The position numbers were made by a program, and so were the translations under genes. Of a stretch of DNA of 64,000 bases, positions 28,169-43,750 are shown one piece after another. The DNA is from the human T2T-CHM13v2.0 reference genome, Homo sapiens. The notes beneath the pieces are model-generated. The model was not told the DNA's origin, ran no database searches, and saw only the letters and a list, made by a program, of their open reading frames with translations. Location of the stretch: NCBI RefSeq assembly GCF_009914755.1, contig NC_060932.1. One strand, given 5' to 3'. Every line of letters starts with the position of its first letter. The stretch's first letter is position 1.

Positions 28169-31100
28169 ACAATTATACAAGAAGCGAAGGGAGAAATATT
28201 CAAGGAAATAGATAGCTTAAAGAAAAAACAATTAAAAATTCAGGAAACTTTGGACACACTTTTAGAAATGCGAAATGCTCTGGAAAGTCTGAGCAATAGA
28301 ATTGAACAGGTAGAAGAAAGAAATTCAGAGCTCAAAGACAAAGTCTTTGAATTAACCCAATCCAACAAAGACAAAGAAAAAAGAATAAGAAAATATGAAC
28401 AAAGCCCCCAAGAATTCTGGGATTATGTTAAATGACCAAACTTAAGAATAATCAGTGTTCCTGAGGAAGAAGCTAATTCTAAAAGCTTGAGAAACACATT
28501 TGGGGGAATAATTGAGGAAAACTTCTTCAGCCTTGCTAGAGACTTAGACATCCGAATACAAGAAGCACAAACAATGTCTGGGAAATTCATTATAAAAATA
28601 TCTTCACCTAGGCACATTGCCATCAGGTTATTCAAAGTTAAGATGAAGGAAAGAATCTAAAGAGCTGTGAGACAGAAGCACCAGGTAACCTATAAAGGAA
28701 AACCTATCAGATTAACAGCAGATTTCTCAGCAGAAACCCTACAAGCTAGAAGGGATTGGGGCCCTATCTTCAGCTTCCTCAAACAAAACAATTATTAGCT
28801 AAGAATTTTGTATGCAGTGAAATCAATCATCATATATGAAGGAAAGATACAGTCGCTTTCAGACAAACAGATGTTGAGAGAATTCACCATTACCAAGCCA
28901 CCACTACAAGAACTGCTAAAAGGAGCTCTAAATCTTGAAACAAATCCTGGAAACACATCAAAACAGAGCTTTGAAGCATAAATCACACAGGACCCAAAAA
29001 ATAAAAATACAAGTTAAAAAGCAAAAACAAGAAACAAAAGTACCTAGGAAACAAAGAGCACAATGAATGCAAGAGTACCTCACAATTCAATACTAGCATT
29101 CAATGTAAATGGCCTAAATGCTCCACTTGGAAGATACAGTACTGTAGAATGGATAAGAACTCACCAACCAACCATCTGCTGCCTTCAGGAGACTCACATA
29201 ACCCATAAGAACTCACATAAACTTAAAGTAAAGGGATGGAAAAAAGCATTTCATGTGAAGGAACACTAAAAGCAGGCCGGGATATCTATTCTTATATCAG
29301 ACATAACAAACTTTAAAGCAACAGCAGTTAAAAGAGACAAAGAGGGACATTACATAATTGTAAAAGGCCTTGTCCAACAGGAAAATATCACAATCCTAAA
29401 CATATATGCACCTAACACTGGAGTTCCCAAACTTATAAAACAATCACTAATAGACCTAAGAAGTGAGATAGACAGCAACACCATAATGGTTGGGGACTTC
29501 AATACTCCACTGACAGCACTAGACAGGTCATCAAGACAGAAAGTCAACAAAGAAACAATGGATTTAAACTATACCTTGGAAAAAATGGACTTAGCGGATA
29601 TATATAGAACATTTCATCCAACAACCATCCAACATTTCATCCAACAGAATACACATTCTATTCAAAAGCACATGGAACTTCCTCGAAGATAGATCATATG
29701 ATAGGCCATAAAACAAGCCTCAAAAAAATTTAAGAAAATTGAAATTATATCAAGCACTCTCTCTCTGACCACAGCTGCATAAAACTGGAAATCAACTCCA
29801 AAAGGAACCTTCAAAACCATGCAAATACATGGAAATTAAATAACCTGCTCCTGAATGAGCATGGGTCAAAAGCCAAATCAAGATGGAAATTTAAAAATTA
29901 TTTGAACTGAATGACAATAATGACACAACCTATCAAAACCTCTGGGATACAGCAAAGGTGGTGCTAAGAGGAAAGTTCATAGCCCTAAATGCCTACATCA
30001 AAAAGACTGAAAAAGCACAAAATGACAATCCAAGGTCACATCTCAAGGAAATGAAGAAACAAGAGTGAACCAAATTCAAACCCAGCAGAAGAAAGGAAAA
30101 AACCAAGATTAGAGCAGAACTAAATGAAATTAAAACAAAAAAAAATAACAATACAAAACATAAATGAAACAAAATGTTAGTTCTTTGAAAAGATAAATAA
30201 AATGGATAGACCATTAGCAAGAATAACCAAGAAAAGAAGAGAGAAAATCCAAATAACTTCACTAAGAAATGAAACAGGAGATACTACAACTGACACCACT
30301 GAAATACAAAAGATCATTCAAGTCTACTATGAATACCTTTACACACCTAAACTGGAAAACCTAGAAGAGATAGATACATTCCTGGAAAAATGCAACCCTC
30401 TTAGCTTAAATCAGGAAGAATTAGATACCCTGAACAGAACAATAACAAGCAGCAAGATTGAAATGGTAATTAAAAAATCACCAACAAAAATTCCGAGACA
30501 AGACAGATTAACAGCAAAATTCTACCAGACATTCAAAGAAGAATTGTTATCAATCCTTTTGACACTATTCCACAAGATAGACAAAGAAGGAACCCTCTCT
30601 AATTCATTCTATGAAGCCAGCATCACCCTAATACCAAAACCAGGAAAGGACATAACCAAAAAAGAAAACTACAGACCAATTTCCTTGATGAACATAGATG
30701 CTAAAATCCTTAACAAAATAATAGCTAACTGAATCCAACAACATATCACAAAGATAATCCACCATGATCAAGTGGGTTTCATATCAGGGATGCAGGGATG
30801 GTTTAACATACACAAGTCAATAAATGTGATATATCACATAAACAGAATTAAAAACAAAAATCACATGATCATCTCAATAGATGCAGAAAAAGCATCTGAC
30901 AACATGCGGCATCCCTTTATGATTAAAACTCCCAGCAAAATCAGCATACAAGGGACATACCTTAATGTAATAAAAGCCTTCTATGACTAACCCACAGCCA
31001 ACATAATACTGAATGGGGAAAAGTTGAAAGCATTCCTCTGAGAATGGGAACAAGACAAGGATGCCCACTCTCACCACTCCTCTTCAACGTAGTACTGGAA

Positions 31101-31281
31101 GTCCTAGCCAGAGCAATCAGACAAGAGAAAGAAATAAAGAGCATCCAAATCAGTAAAGAAGAAGTCACTGTTTGCTGACAGTGATTGTTTACCTTGAAAA
31201 CCCTAAGGATTCCTCTAGAAAGCTCCTAGAACTGATGCAAAAATTCAGAAAAGTTTCCAGATACAAGATTAATGTACACAA

Positions 31282-31633
<352 letters not shown>

Positions 31634-32457
31634 TCAAGAACTCAACCCCTTTTACAATAGCTGCAAAAAAAACAAAAAACAAAAAACAAAAAAACAAAAA
31701 AACAAAAAAAAACTTAGGAATATACCTAACTAAGTAGTCGAAAGACCTCTGCAAGGAAAACTGCAAAACACTACTGAAAAGAATCATAGATGACACAAAC
31801 AAATGGAAACACATTCCACACCCATGGATGGGTAGAATCAATATTGTGAAAATGACCATACTGCCAAAAGCAACCTACAAATTAATGCAATCGCCATCAA
31901 AATACCACCATTATGCTTCACAGAGTTAGAAAAAAAAATTCTAAAATTCATATGGAACCAAAAAAGAGCCCACATAGCCAAAGCAAGGCTAAACAATAAG
32001 AACAAATCTGGAGGCATCACACCAACTGATTTCAAATTATAAGGCCATAGTCACCAAAACAGCATGGTACTGGTATAAAAATAAGTACATAGACCAATGG
32101 AACAGAATAGAGAATCCAGAAATAAACCCAAATACTTACAGCTAACTGATCTACAACAAAGCAAACAAAAACCTAAAGTAGGGAAACAACACCCTCTTCA
32201 ACAAATGATGCTGGGATAATTGGCTAGCCACGTGTAGGAGAATGAAACTGGATCCTCCTCTCTCACCTTATACTAAAATGAGCTCATGGTGGATTAAGGA
32301 CTAAAACCTAAGACCTGAAACTATAAAAATTCTAGAAGATAACATTGGAAAAACCCTTCTAGACATTGGCTTAGGCAAAGATTTCATGACCAAGAACCCA
32401 AAAGCAAATGCAATAAAAACAAAGATAAATAGCTGGGACCTAATTAAACTAAAGAAC

Positions 32458-32757
<300 letters not shown>

Positions 32758-33761
32758 TAAAGAGCTTTTGCACAGTGAAAGGAATAGTCAGCAGAGTAAA
32801 CAGACAACCCACAGAGTAAGAGAAAATCTTCACAATTTATACTTCTGACAAAAGACTATTATCCAGAATCTACAGCGAACTCAAATCAGAAAAAAAAATA
32901 AAATCCCATCAAAATGTGGACTAAGGACATGAATAGACAATTCTCAAAAGAAGATATACAAAAGGCCAACACACATATGAAAAAATGCTCAGCATCACTA
33001 ATAATCAGGGAAATACAAATCAAAACCACAATGCAATACAAACTTACTCCTGCAAGAATGGTCGGAATAAAAAAATTAAAAAACAGTAGGTGGTGTGGGT
33101 GCAGTGAACAGGGAACACTTCTACACTGCTGGTGGGAATGTAAACTAGTACAATCACTGTGGAAAACAGTGTGGAGATTCCTTAAAGAATTAAAAGTAGA
33201 ACTACCATTTGATCCAGCAATCCCACTACTGGGTATCTACCCAGAGGAAAATGAGTCATTATTTGAAAAAGATACTTGCACACGCAGGTTTATAGCAGCA
33301 CAATTCACAATTGTGAAATCGTGGAACTAACCCAAATGCCAATCAATCAATAAGTGGATAAAGAAACTGTGGTATATATATATGATGGAATACTATGCAG
33401 CCATAAAAAGGAATAAATTAACAGCATTGGCAGTGACCTGGATGAGATTGGAGACTGTTATTCTAAGTGAAGTAACTCAGGAATGGAAAACCCAACATCG
33501 TATGTTCTTACTGATATATGGGAGCTAAGCCGTGAAGATGCAAAAGCATAAGAATGATACAATGGACTTTGGAAACTTGGGGGGAAGAGTGGGAGGGGGG
33601 CAAGGGATGAAAGACTACAAATATGGTGCAGTGTATACGGCTTGGTTGATGGGTGCGCCAACATCTCACAAATCACCACTGAAGAACTTACTCATGTAAC
33701 CAAATACCACCTGTACCCCAGTAACTCATAGAAAGAAATTAAATTAAAAAATTAAAAAATT

Positions 33762-35718
33762 AAAAGTGAAGGTAGATTAAAGGATTTATGAAACACCATC
33801 AAAAGGACAAATTATACATTATGGGACTCTCAGCAAGAGAAGATGGAGAGAAAGAAATGGAAATCTCATTCATAAAAATAATGGCTGAAAGCTTCTCAAA
33901 CCTGTGGAAGGGAATAAACTTCCTAAGTCAGTAAGCCCAAAGGACAAAAATAAGATAAATACACAAAGATTCACACCAAGACAAATTATAATGAAATAGT
34001 CAAAAGTTAAAGACAAAAAGATAATTTTGAAAGTAGCAAGAGACAATTGACTTATTAAATGAAAGAGAACTGCCTTAAGATTATTACTGGATTTTTCAGC
34101 AGAAACCTAACAGGCCAGAAGGAAGTGGAATGATATATTTAAAGTGCTGGAAGAAAAAAAAGTCAAGAATACTACACCCAGCAAAATTTGTCCTTCAAAA
34201 ATGAACGGAAGATAAAATCTTTCTCTATAAACAAAAGCTGAGGGAATTTATCGTCACTAGAAATAGCACCACTATGCCTTACAAGAAATGCTAACGGGAG
34301 TGCTTCAAGCTGAAAGAAAATGATGCTAAACAACAAAAAAGAGAGCATAAAAAGTAGGAAATTCATTGGTAAAGGTAAATATAAAGACAGTATTACTATA
34401 AAAGTGGTAGGTAATTGCTTTTTATTCTACTATAAAAGTTAAAAGACAAAAGTGTTGAAACAGCTATAATTGAATTCTGTTAATGGATACATAATATAAA
34501 TAGATGTAAATTGGGACATCAGTAGCATATAATATGAGGAGAAGAAAGGTAAAACCTGAGAGTGTTTTTTTTTTTTTTACTACAAATGAAGTTGCTATCA
34601 GTTTAAAATAAAATGTTATAACTATAAGATACTTTCTGTAAGCCTCTGGGTAACCACACACACAAAATACCTATAGAAGTTATGTAATAGAAAAAAAAAA
34701 GAATCAAAGCCTATTAATAAAGAAACAGTTGAGCGTGGTGGCTGACTAATCCCAGCACTTTGAGAGGTGAAGGCAAAAAAATGGCGTGGGCTCAGAAGTT
34801 TGAGACCACCTTGGGCAATATAGTGAGACCTCATCTGTACTTAAAAACAAAACAAACAAACAAACAAAAACCCAAACCTTAGCTAGGTATGGTGCTTGTA
34901 GTCCTAGCTTCTTGGTACTTGGGAGGCTGAGGTGGGAAGACTGCTTGAGCCTGGGAGGTCAAGGCTGCAGTGCACTATTGATTGTCCCACTGCACTCCAG
35001 CCTAGCCAACAGAATAAAACAGGAAGGGAAAAAAAGAGGGACAAAAGAACTATAAGACAAACAGAAAACAGTTAACAAAATGGCAATAGTAAATCCTTCC
35101 CTATCAAAAATTGCTTTAAATATAAATGGACTAAACTCCCCACTATAAAGATACAGAGTAGATGAGTGAATTTTAGAAAAACAGGATGCAGCTGTATACC
35201 ATCTATAAGAAACTCACTTTTTATCCAAGGACACACATAGGCAGAAAGTGAAGGGATGAAAGAAGATATTTTGTGCAATTGACAACTAAAAGGAAGCCAG
35301 AGTGTCTGTATGGTAAAATTTAAGTCAAAAATTGTCTCTAGAGACAAAAAATTTTATTACATAATGATGAAAGGCTCATTTCAGCAGGAAGATATAGCAA
35401 CAATAAATATATATGCACCCAATGTCCAAGCACCTGAGAATATGATTTTAAATTGAGAAAATTGAATGGGGAAATTGATAGAAATATAATAATAGTAGGA
35501 GACTTCAATAGTTAACCTTCAATAATGAATAGACTATCTAGACAGAAAATTAATAAAGAAAATGGAGACTTGTACAAAACTATAGTACAAATGGCCCTAA
35601 TAGATATATACAGAATTTTCTACCCTACATCAGGAGAGTATACAGTCTTCTCTAGGGCCCATGGGACAGTCTCGAGAATAGCTGACAGGTTGGGTAATGA
35701 AACAAATCTTAACAATTT
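33762..35718 (+). mobile_element. Ancient L1M continuation: rest of ORF1, spacer, ORF2 endonuclease domain
   Basis: GGATTTTTCAGCAGAAACC...CAGGCCAGAAGG (ORF1); TAAATATAAATGGACTAAACTCCC, ATATATGCACCCAA, AGTAGGAGACTTCAATA (EN motifs); heavily degenerate. Confidence 0.85.
34728..35020 (+). mobile_element. AluJ SINE
   Basis: Diverged dimer with J-type GCTTGAGCCTGGGAGGTCAAGGCTGCAGTG and GGGCAATATAGTGAGACC; (CAAA)n linker. Confidence 0.9.
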
Positions 35719-36064
35719 ATTTTTTTACCCCATCTGAGATTAGTCTTTAAATAAGAAAAGAAGCATTTGTCCTACTCATGTATGAGTTCTGCTATTGTTA
35801 TTAATTTTTAAAAAGTAATCCCTACCTGTTCAATTATCAGAATCATAAAAACATGCTATCCTTAGAGATTTTCTTGTTTCATATGTGTACTTTTTTTTCT
35901 CTTCCTATTTATGTGCCCTGGAAGATTGAGAATTGCTTTTCAGTAGGTATAGCCTAAGTGGCATTTCTACAATAATATGGATTAACAGTTGTAACTTTTT
36001 AGTCTAGTTTCCTGGTTTTGGCTAATATTTCTGTAATTCAGTTTTTCACTAACCAGGAGGTATC

Positions 36065-36431
36065 TGTATTAGTTTGTTCTCATGTTGCTATAAAGAACTG
36101 CCTGAGACTGGATACTTTGTAAAGGAAAGAGGTTTAATTGGCTCACACTTCTGCATGGCTTGGGAGGCCTCAGGAAACTTAAAATCATGACAGAAGGGGA
36201 AGCAAACATGTTCTTATTCACATGGCAGCAGGAGAGAGAAGTGTCAGCAGGGGAAATGCCAGACACTTATAAAGCCATCATGAGAGCTCACTCACTATTA
36301 TGAGAACAGCATGGAGGAAACCACCCTCATGATCCAATCACTTCCCACTGGGTCCCTCCCATGACACATGGGGATTATGGGAACTATAATTCAAGATGAG
36401 ATTTGGGTGGGGATACAGCCAAAACATATCA
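36065..36431 (-). mobile_element. THE1D-type MaLR solo LTR
   Basis: TGTATTAGTTTGTTCTCATGTTGCTATAAAGAACTGCCTGAGACTGG ... GAGATTTGGGTGGGGATACAGCCAAAACATATCA; perfect 5-bp TSD GTATC. Confidence 0.95.
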
Positions 36432-39059
36432 GTATCTTTACCTCAAACTCCCTACTTCTTCTCATCTGATGGAATCCATCATAATTATAATCCTAGAATA
36501 TATTTTTTTTCCAGAGTTCTTTCTGTTTCAGATCCTGGCTATAACAGTAATAAAAATGAGGATCCCAGGGTACCACTGTCATTTCCTGGTTTTGCTTCCC
36601 TTAATCTATCTTCATTTGCCTTGAGTTTCTCCTCCAGATATGTGATATGAGCTATCTAGAAGATTTCATTTTCAGTTGTGATTTTTTAGTCTTTTTTTTT
36701 CTGTATTGCCACAAGTGTTTTTGTTTACAGGTAGGAAATGATTTTATCTGGCTGTTAGCCAAAAGCTAGTTTAAGCCTAAAGTCATCTTCAGCTATTTTG
36801 TCTGGCAATAATTTGAGAGTAATGGCTATAACATAATTTTTAAAACTCCATTTTTTAAAGAATCACAGAAAAATCAAAGAGGTTATCACCCCTCAGAAGC
36901 ATTCTGATGTTAGCAAAGCTCAGAATAAAAATCTCCTCATTGTTTATAACCTAATATTTTCAGGCTATTTGAAACCCAGTTCTTGCATTGTCTCTAATGT
37001 TTCTGAGTATTTTTTGAGACTGTATCAAAGAAGAGTATACCATTTTAGTCATCTGCATTAGGAGGCTTGCCTTGAGCTTCTATTCAATAACAAAAATGGT
37101 TTAAATAGATGAGAAATGACCTCCAAAATGGTAAGGGCTGAATGTGCAAATACATCATTGAGTAAGCATGAGAAATTTGACTGTGTTTGGAAGAACCATA
37201 GTAGGATGGCTTCTCAGGATGCATGGGGAAGACATGTGTATTTTGCATGTTCATCCCACTGAAAATCACATGTGATGCCTAAAAAAGAATTTACTCACAG
37301 AGAACTTACTGCTTCCATTCAATGCCCCAGCTCCTCCAGATCTTACTGAGCAACAGTTACATGTTAGAAGTTCGTGGTAGGGATTACTTAACCAGAAATT
37401 GGGAAGGTGGACAGAGCCATTTTGGGGCTACCCACAGAATCTCTTTTCACACTTGCTCAAGGTTGTTGAAGTCATAAAATAATGTAAGTTACACAACTTC
37501 TTTTTATATATGCATGTGAGTATCTGAGCAGAGAATGTCACATTTCCTTTAAACCAGTGAAAAATGTCCACTGGAAAAGTACCTCTGAAACAGTGACATT
37601 GGGGTTATGGCTCCATAGCTAAGAAATCAGTTGGATAAGAAAAAGTATGTTTCCATGTTGTGGGGATCTAATAATGTGAAAGCGAAAAGGATTCCATCAA
37701 GCTTAAAAATCTTTAGAATTAGATGGTAAGGCATTTCCATTTACTAAAAAACACAGAAATGCACAATCCAACGGAGTGATATGGGGATAAAGAATTGTAT
37801 GGGTCCCGTTAGAACACTTCCATCTTGATGTTATGTCATCCATGACATAGTGTTCAGTGAATCCCCCAGGACCATATCAGCCTTTTGAAAACAAAATGTT
37901 TTGTCCTTAAAATGATTGCTTTAAACATTATAATAAAATAACCTTGAAATTGCATGGAACAATATCCTCCTAATAGTATGAAATTATATAATAGTTTCCT
38001 GGTGGGTGAGCATCTTTTAAATCTGGGAATATTTAGGATTAAATGTGTAAGTGTTTAAGATAATAAAATTCTTAGCATTTATGTAGGTTGGTTAAGCAGT
38101 CTGTGTATATTTGTGATCTTATATGCCATTAATATTGTAGTAGTTTTGGCATATTAGAATAATAGATTAGCTGTATGTTTCATATTGAATTACACTTGTG
38201 ATTTATATGGAGTTTTGAAGCACTTAAGAGAACTCAAGTTTCACCATATATATTCAAATTATCAGATATATACAAGCCATTTAAGTGCTTGGAAATAGTT
38301 TGTTTATTAATTCAGACAACCCAAGTACTTGGAAAGAAAGTATAAATTTAATGAAATTGTAAATTAAATCAAATATTTTCCAAAGGCAATTAGGTGGTTG
38401 GTAAAATTTGCTAGAATTTTAAATAGAATTATATGGAATGTAACTCAAACAAAAGCTTCTTGAAAGAGAAGACAAGTTCTTTCTTATATTTGTAACTATA
38501 ATGGAATAAGAATTTTAAAACAAAGTAAAAACATGAATTGACTTTTCTGCATAGAAAAAACATCCTAGGAGTCACCACAAAACTCTGTTTTAATGTTTAA
38601 GTAGCAAATGTAACCCAGTTTTAGGAAAAGTTTTCTATTTTACTTAGTATGATGTCTATTTAAGCCTTAAAGCATGTGTTCAATCTTTCAAATTCCCTGT
38701 GCATGGACAGTGTTTTGTCTTAAAAGATTTGGAGTGTTGATGATTAAGTTTTGATAAGTCTCATGTACAAAAATCAGAGAGGAGGATACCAGCTGATTGG
38801 CATAACCAATGGTAGGATCCCTTCATGCTTAATACTGTTTCAGCATATAGTCTACTGTACATTTTTCCCCTAAAACAGATACATATTTAGCTTCAAATTT
38901 AGATTGCAGAATGTGGTTCTGAAGTGCTGCCAAACTATTGGATGCAATGCAAGAAAACTCAATAGAGTTCTCAATTACTATTCCAAGAAATTCTTCCCAA
39001 ATAGCTCCTCCTCAAGGAACCAAAGCTATACTAATAAACATGTTGCAGGCTTCACTGAC

Positions 39060-39630
<571 letters not shown>

Positions 39631-40599
39631 ATGTTTATTTTATTTTACAAAAAATGTTAAATATGACTTTTCAATGAATTCCAAGGTTGCTTTGGATACT
39701 GAAGAGCAGAAGAAAAACAAGCCAGAAATAAAATCCTCCTTTGGCGTTATGGTAAAAATAAAATTAAGTTTATTTGCATCATTGGACTGACAAAGCTCAA
39801 ATTTTAAATTTCAAGGGGATAGTAAACTAGCTGTAACTTTCCATTCATTATAACTGAGTAGGATAAATTTTGCTGGGGAGAGGAGGTGGTGGGACTGGGC
39901 AGAGATATAGAGAACCCGAGTATAACAACCAGTGTCCCAGTTTTTCAGAAACTTGGAAGCCCATTGTTAGGTGATGATCCAAACTAGACAAGTAGTACAA
40001 TGTGAAACTGCTCCCTGACAGTGTGGTATGCTCTGGTGGAAATGCTACAGAACAACACAGTCATGTCAGAGCCTGGCAAAACTGATCAGGTTTTTGGACA
40101 CAAAACTATGACGTATCAAAGCTTAGCAGTTAAAGGGCTAACTTTAACATCTTCTATTGTCACTAGATTCAAAACATAAAAGACCAAATAAATAATCAAC
40201 ATCCCAAAGATCAACTAATGATTGAACCACATATGTCTGGAACTTTGCACTTGGACCACAATTTTTCAAACTTTGATTTTTTAAAATTCATTTAAAAATT
40301 TTTTAATTCTGAAAAATCAAACTTTTTTGTATATGTAGAAAAATTAATATATAATTTAAGGCATTTTTATTTTTAATATGGTGTTTCTATGTCAATAATA
40401 GCAGCATTTTTTTCCTAATCACCAAAACTTGAGATGACTTTTAAGATTCTTAAAAGTCAGCATGCTCTATAATGTCCTAATCATTGTTTCACTAAAGATG
40501 CATATTTTCCAAGTGGTTTTATTAAAATCTTGAGATACATTGCATGTTTCCTCTCTTAGGCCAGTTTTTGATATATATGACATGCTCAATTAAAGTCTG

Positions 40600-40765
40600 T
40601 TTAATTGAATATAATTGTATGTACTGAATTGAATTGCATTATTTTGCATTTAATGGGATTGGACTAAGTTGAGTTGAATTGGGAATTAGTTGAGTTGGCT
40701 TGGGTTGCAGTCAATGAGTTGAACTGAGTTGGGTTGCATTGAAATGCATTGAATGAAATTGGCTA
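40600..40765. repeat. Degenerate (TTGAA/TTGAG/TTGCA)n pentamer tract
   Basis: TGAATTGAATTGCATT...GTTGAGTTGAATTGGG...GTTGCATTGAAATGCATTGAATG. Confidence 0.6.
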
Positions 40766-41647
40766 TACTAAAAAAGATACACCCTTGTTCATATGATGAG
40801 GGATCTTGCATCTTTGATTCATTCCATTATTCCCAGGATCTAGCACAATTTTAGTACAACACACACACACTCAATACATTCTTGAGGAATAAACAAAAAA
40901 TAGAGTTATTAGCAGTAGCGCTTGTACATTCAACAATATTTTTGGTCATATATATGCAGGTATGCCTTTTGCTAGGAATACAGTGATGGATAAGAAAGAT
41001 CCTGTCCTCAAGAAGAGTGGAGTTTATTGATAAGCATCAAACAAGTAAATAGGCAATTAAACTACAGTATAAAATAGTATCAGTTTTGCAACAACTGGAG
41101 AGCCATTTATTGTGTACTATGAAATTAGTACCTCCTAAAACTGTGCATTGCAGTGGGCTTAGCAAGTGATAGGAATAAATACCAAGTCCTATGCCAGGAC
41201 AACCACATATGGTTGTATCCTGTAAAAAGGTCACTGATCTGCAATGGAGTAAATAGTAATTCTCTTTGTGTTCTTCTAACCAAGCTGTCTGCCTTCTGTG
41301 ATATGTCTGCTGAAATTCCCAGAAAGGATTTTCCAACTCAGTTATATCATTAATGTAGCTCAAGGAGTCAAATTATGAAGGGTGTTGACTGTAATATTAC
41401 TTTATGCAAAGGCGTGACCAAATCACATTTTATTTTTAAAATATCTTTCTAGTTACAATGTGAGGAATAGTTTGGAGGATTTGAGACCATCTAAGAGGGT
41501 ATACAATAATCTTTTCCAAAGGAACGACGGTAGATGTCTACATCAGGACATTTTTCCCTCCCATTTCACTGGTTGCTAATTTCTGTTTTTATTTGCCTGG
41601 TCTTCCTCTCACAGTCAATCCTATTTGTTTTAAATGTAATTTAAATA

Positions 41648-41771
41648 TTTTTTTCAGAGATGTAATCCCTCTGTGTTGTCCAGGCCAGGCTCAAACTCCT
41701 TGGGCTAAATGATCCTCCCACCTCAGCCTCCTGAGTAACTGGACTACAGATGCACACTACTGCAGCTGGCT
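41648..41771 (-). mobile_element. FLAM (free left Alu monomer)
   Basis: Single ~125 bp monomer: CTCAAACTCCTTGGGCTAAATGATCCTCCCACCTCAGCCTCC. Confidence 0.85.
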
Positions 41772-41799
41772 TACACATCCCACCTTTCAAAGGCTGGGA

Positions 41800-42150
41800 T
41801 TCCTCAAGAAGCCATATGAAATAACCTTATATTCTTTCTCTACACTTACTCCCAGTTAGTCTTTCATTCTCCTAATTTTAAATACCATCTAGTGGTATTT
41901 ATGTCGCTGACTCTAACCTCCTCCCTATGCTCCAATCTCATTTATCCAATTACCAACTCATCTTCACTTAAATGTGTTTCAAGAAGCTCAGTATGTCCCA
42001 AATTGAAGTCTTGATTTATTTTCTCTTTGAATCTCTTTCTTCCTGTGTCTTCCCTGTTGCATTAAATGGCATTACCATGTGTCTAATTCCTCAAGGTTTC
42101 TCCTGACCCTACCCTTCTCTCCAACCCTTGCTCCCCACTTCCAGCCCCCA
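41800..42150 (+). mobile_element. L2 fragment
   Basis: TTTAAATACCATCTA...CTCCAATCTCATTTATCCAATT...CTCAGTATGTCCCAAATTGAA...TAAATGGCATTACCAT. Confidence 0.65.
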
Positions 42151-42214
42151 TCTAGACAAGTGGGTGGGGTCTGAGAACTCCTGTGCTGGGCAGCTCTTTA
42201 AAAATGAAGATGCC

Positions 42215-42479
42215 GGCCTGGCGCAGTGGCTCACGCCTGTAATCCCAAACCTCTGGGAGGCCGAGCAGGCGAATCACCTGAGGTCAGGAGTTTGAGACTA
42301 GCCTAGCCAACATACAAAACCCGGTCTCTACAAAAAAATACAAAAAGTTAGCCGGGCGTGGTGGCGGGGGGCTTAGGCAGGAGAATCTCTTGAACTCCAG
42401 AGGCGGAGGTTGCAGTGAGCCGAAATCGTGCCACTGCACTCCAGTCTGGGCGAAAGAAAGAGAATCCATCTCAGAAAAC
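42215..42479 (+). mobile_element. AluS with ~23 bp internal deletion in right arm, inserted in a MER5-like relic
   Basis: TSD AAAAATGAAGATGCC; GGTGGCGGGGGGCTTAGGCAGG lacks the CCTGTAATCCCAGCTACT segment. Confidence 0.95.
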
Positions 42480-42645
42480 AAAAATGAAGATGCCAAGGTC
42501 TTCCTCTCCAACCTACCTCCCCTCAAACTACTTAATAAAATCTCTGTTTGTAGTGGTCAAGCATCTCCTTTTGGGGCACATTCCCTGTTGACTCACACCA
42601 AGTTTAAGAACCACTGATGACAATCATAGCTTAAAAACATATCTT

Positions 42646-42962
42646 GGCTGGGCATGGTGGCTCATGCCTGTAATCCCAACACTTTGGGAGGCCAAGGTGG
42701 GCAGATCATGAGGTCAGGAGTTCAAGACCACCCTGGCCAATATGGTGAAACCCCATCTTTACTAAAACTACAAAAATTAGCCGGGCATGGTGGTGGGTGC
42801 CTGTAATCCCAGCTACTGGGGAGGCTGAGGCAGGAGAATTGCTTGAACCTGGGAGGCGGAAGTTGCAGTGTGCCGATAATGCCATTGCACTTCAGCCTTG
42901 GTGACAAGGGTGACAAGAGCAAGACTCCATCTCAAAAAAAACAAAAAGAAAGAAAAGAAAAA
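42646..42962 (+). mobile_element. AluS SINE
   Basis: Full Alu; TSD AAAA(A/C)CATATCTT; small GGTGACAAG tandem duplication near the 3' end. Confidence 0.96.
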
Positions 42963-43077
42963 AACCATATCTTAAATAAGTCCTCTCTTCACCTCCGCAG
43001 CCATCCCCCTATTATCTCTTCACTGTGTGCATTTAAATAGCTTCTTAAATGGTCTCTCTCGACTTTATCCTCTACCC

Positions 43078-43268
43078 TCTGAGGTCCACAAATTTTCCTA
43101 CAAAGTTCCAGATAGCCAATAGTTTAGGCTTTCTGGGCCATCCTGTCTCTATTTCTACTACTCACCTCTGCCATGATAGCATGAAAGCAGCCATGGACAA
43201 TATGTAAACAAACAGATGTGCCTGTGTTTCTATAAAATCTATTTACAAAAAGAAGCAGACAGCCCATT
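43078..43268. mobile_element. MER58A MITE
   Basis: CCAGATAG...TTTAGGCTTTCTGGGCCAT...CTACTCACCTCTGCC...GAAAGCAGCCATGGACAATATGTAAAC...TATTTACAAAAA. Confidence 0.85.
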
Positions 43269-43574
43269 TTCCACATAACTGCATGAGTCATCTTTTAAAA
43301 TTGAGAAATGGTGGTTTCCTATTTTTCTGAGAGCAACATCTAAATTCCTTATCATAATCTTTAAAGCCCCGAATTATTTGATCCCAGTTTCCATTCCAAT
43401 CTTACCGGCATACGCACTTTACCCTTGTTCTAGGAATTAAATGGAGACCAGTGTGTCTTGCACTCTAGACATTTTTCTCCATTTAGGTTCTAGAACTCAC
43501 CATTTTTTTCCCCAGATTAGGGTTTTTTTTTTTAACCTGCTATTCCATTTCTGAAATGCCATTCTCCTTTTTGC

Positions 43575-43750
43575 ATGTAGTTTAGGAGCATGAACAAAGA
43601 TATTAGCCTGGATTCTAATGGCAGATCTACCATTTATTTGCCTTTTAATACCACTGTTTCTTCATCTTAAAAATGAGAATAATAACAGACCCTATCTCAC
43701 CAGGTTGTTAGGGGGATTGCACATAAAAGCCTTAAAACTTAGTAAAGATT
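43575..43750 (+). mobile_element. MIR SINE
   Basis: GTTTCTTCATCTTAAAAATGAGAATAATAACAGACCCTATCTCACCAGGTTGTT MIR core. Confidence 0.7.

Noticed and set aside
29608-29646. Local AACATTTCATCCAACA duplication in L1PB
   Set aside because: Ordinary slippage-type micro-duplication in a dead element.
40600-40765. Human satellite II/III-like (GGAAT)n block
   Set aside because: Short and highly degenerate TTGAR pentamers; better explained as a decayed simple repeat.
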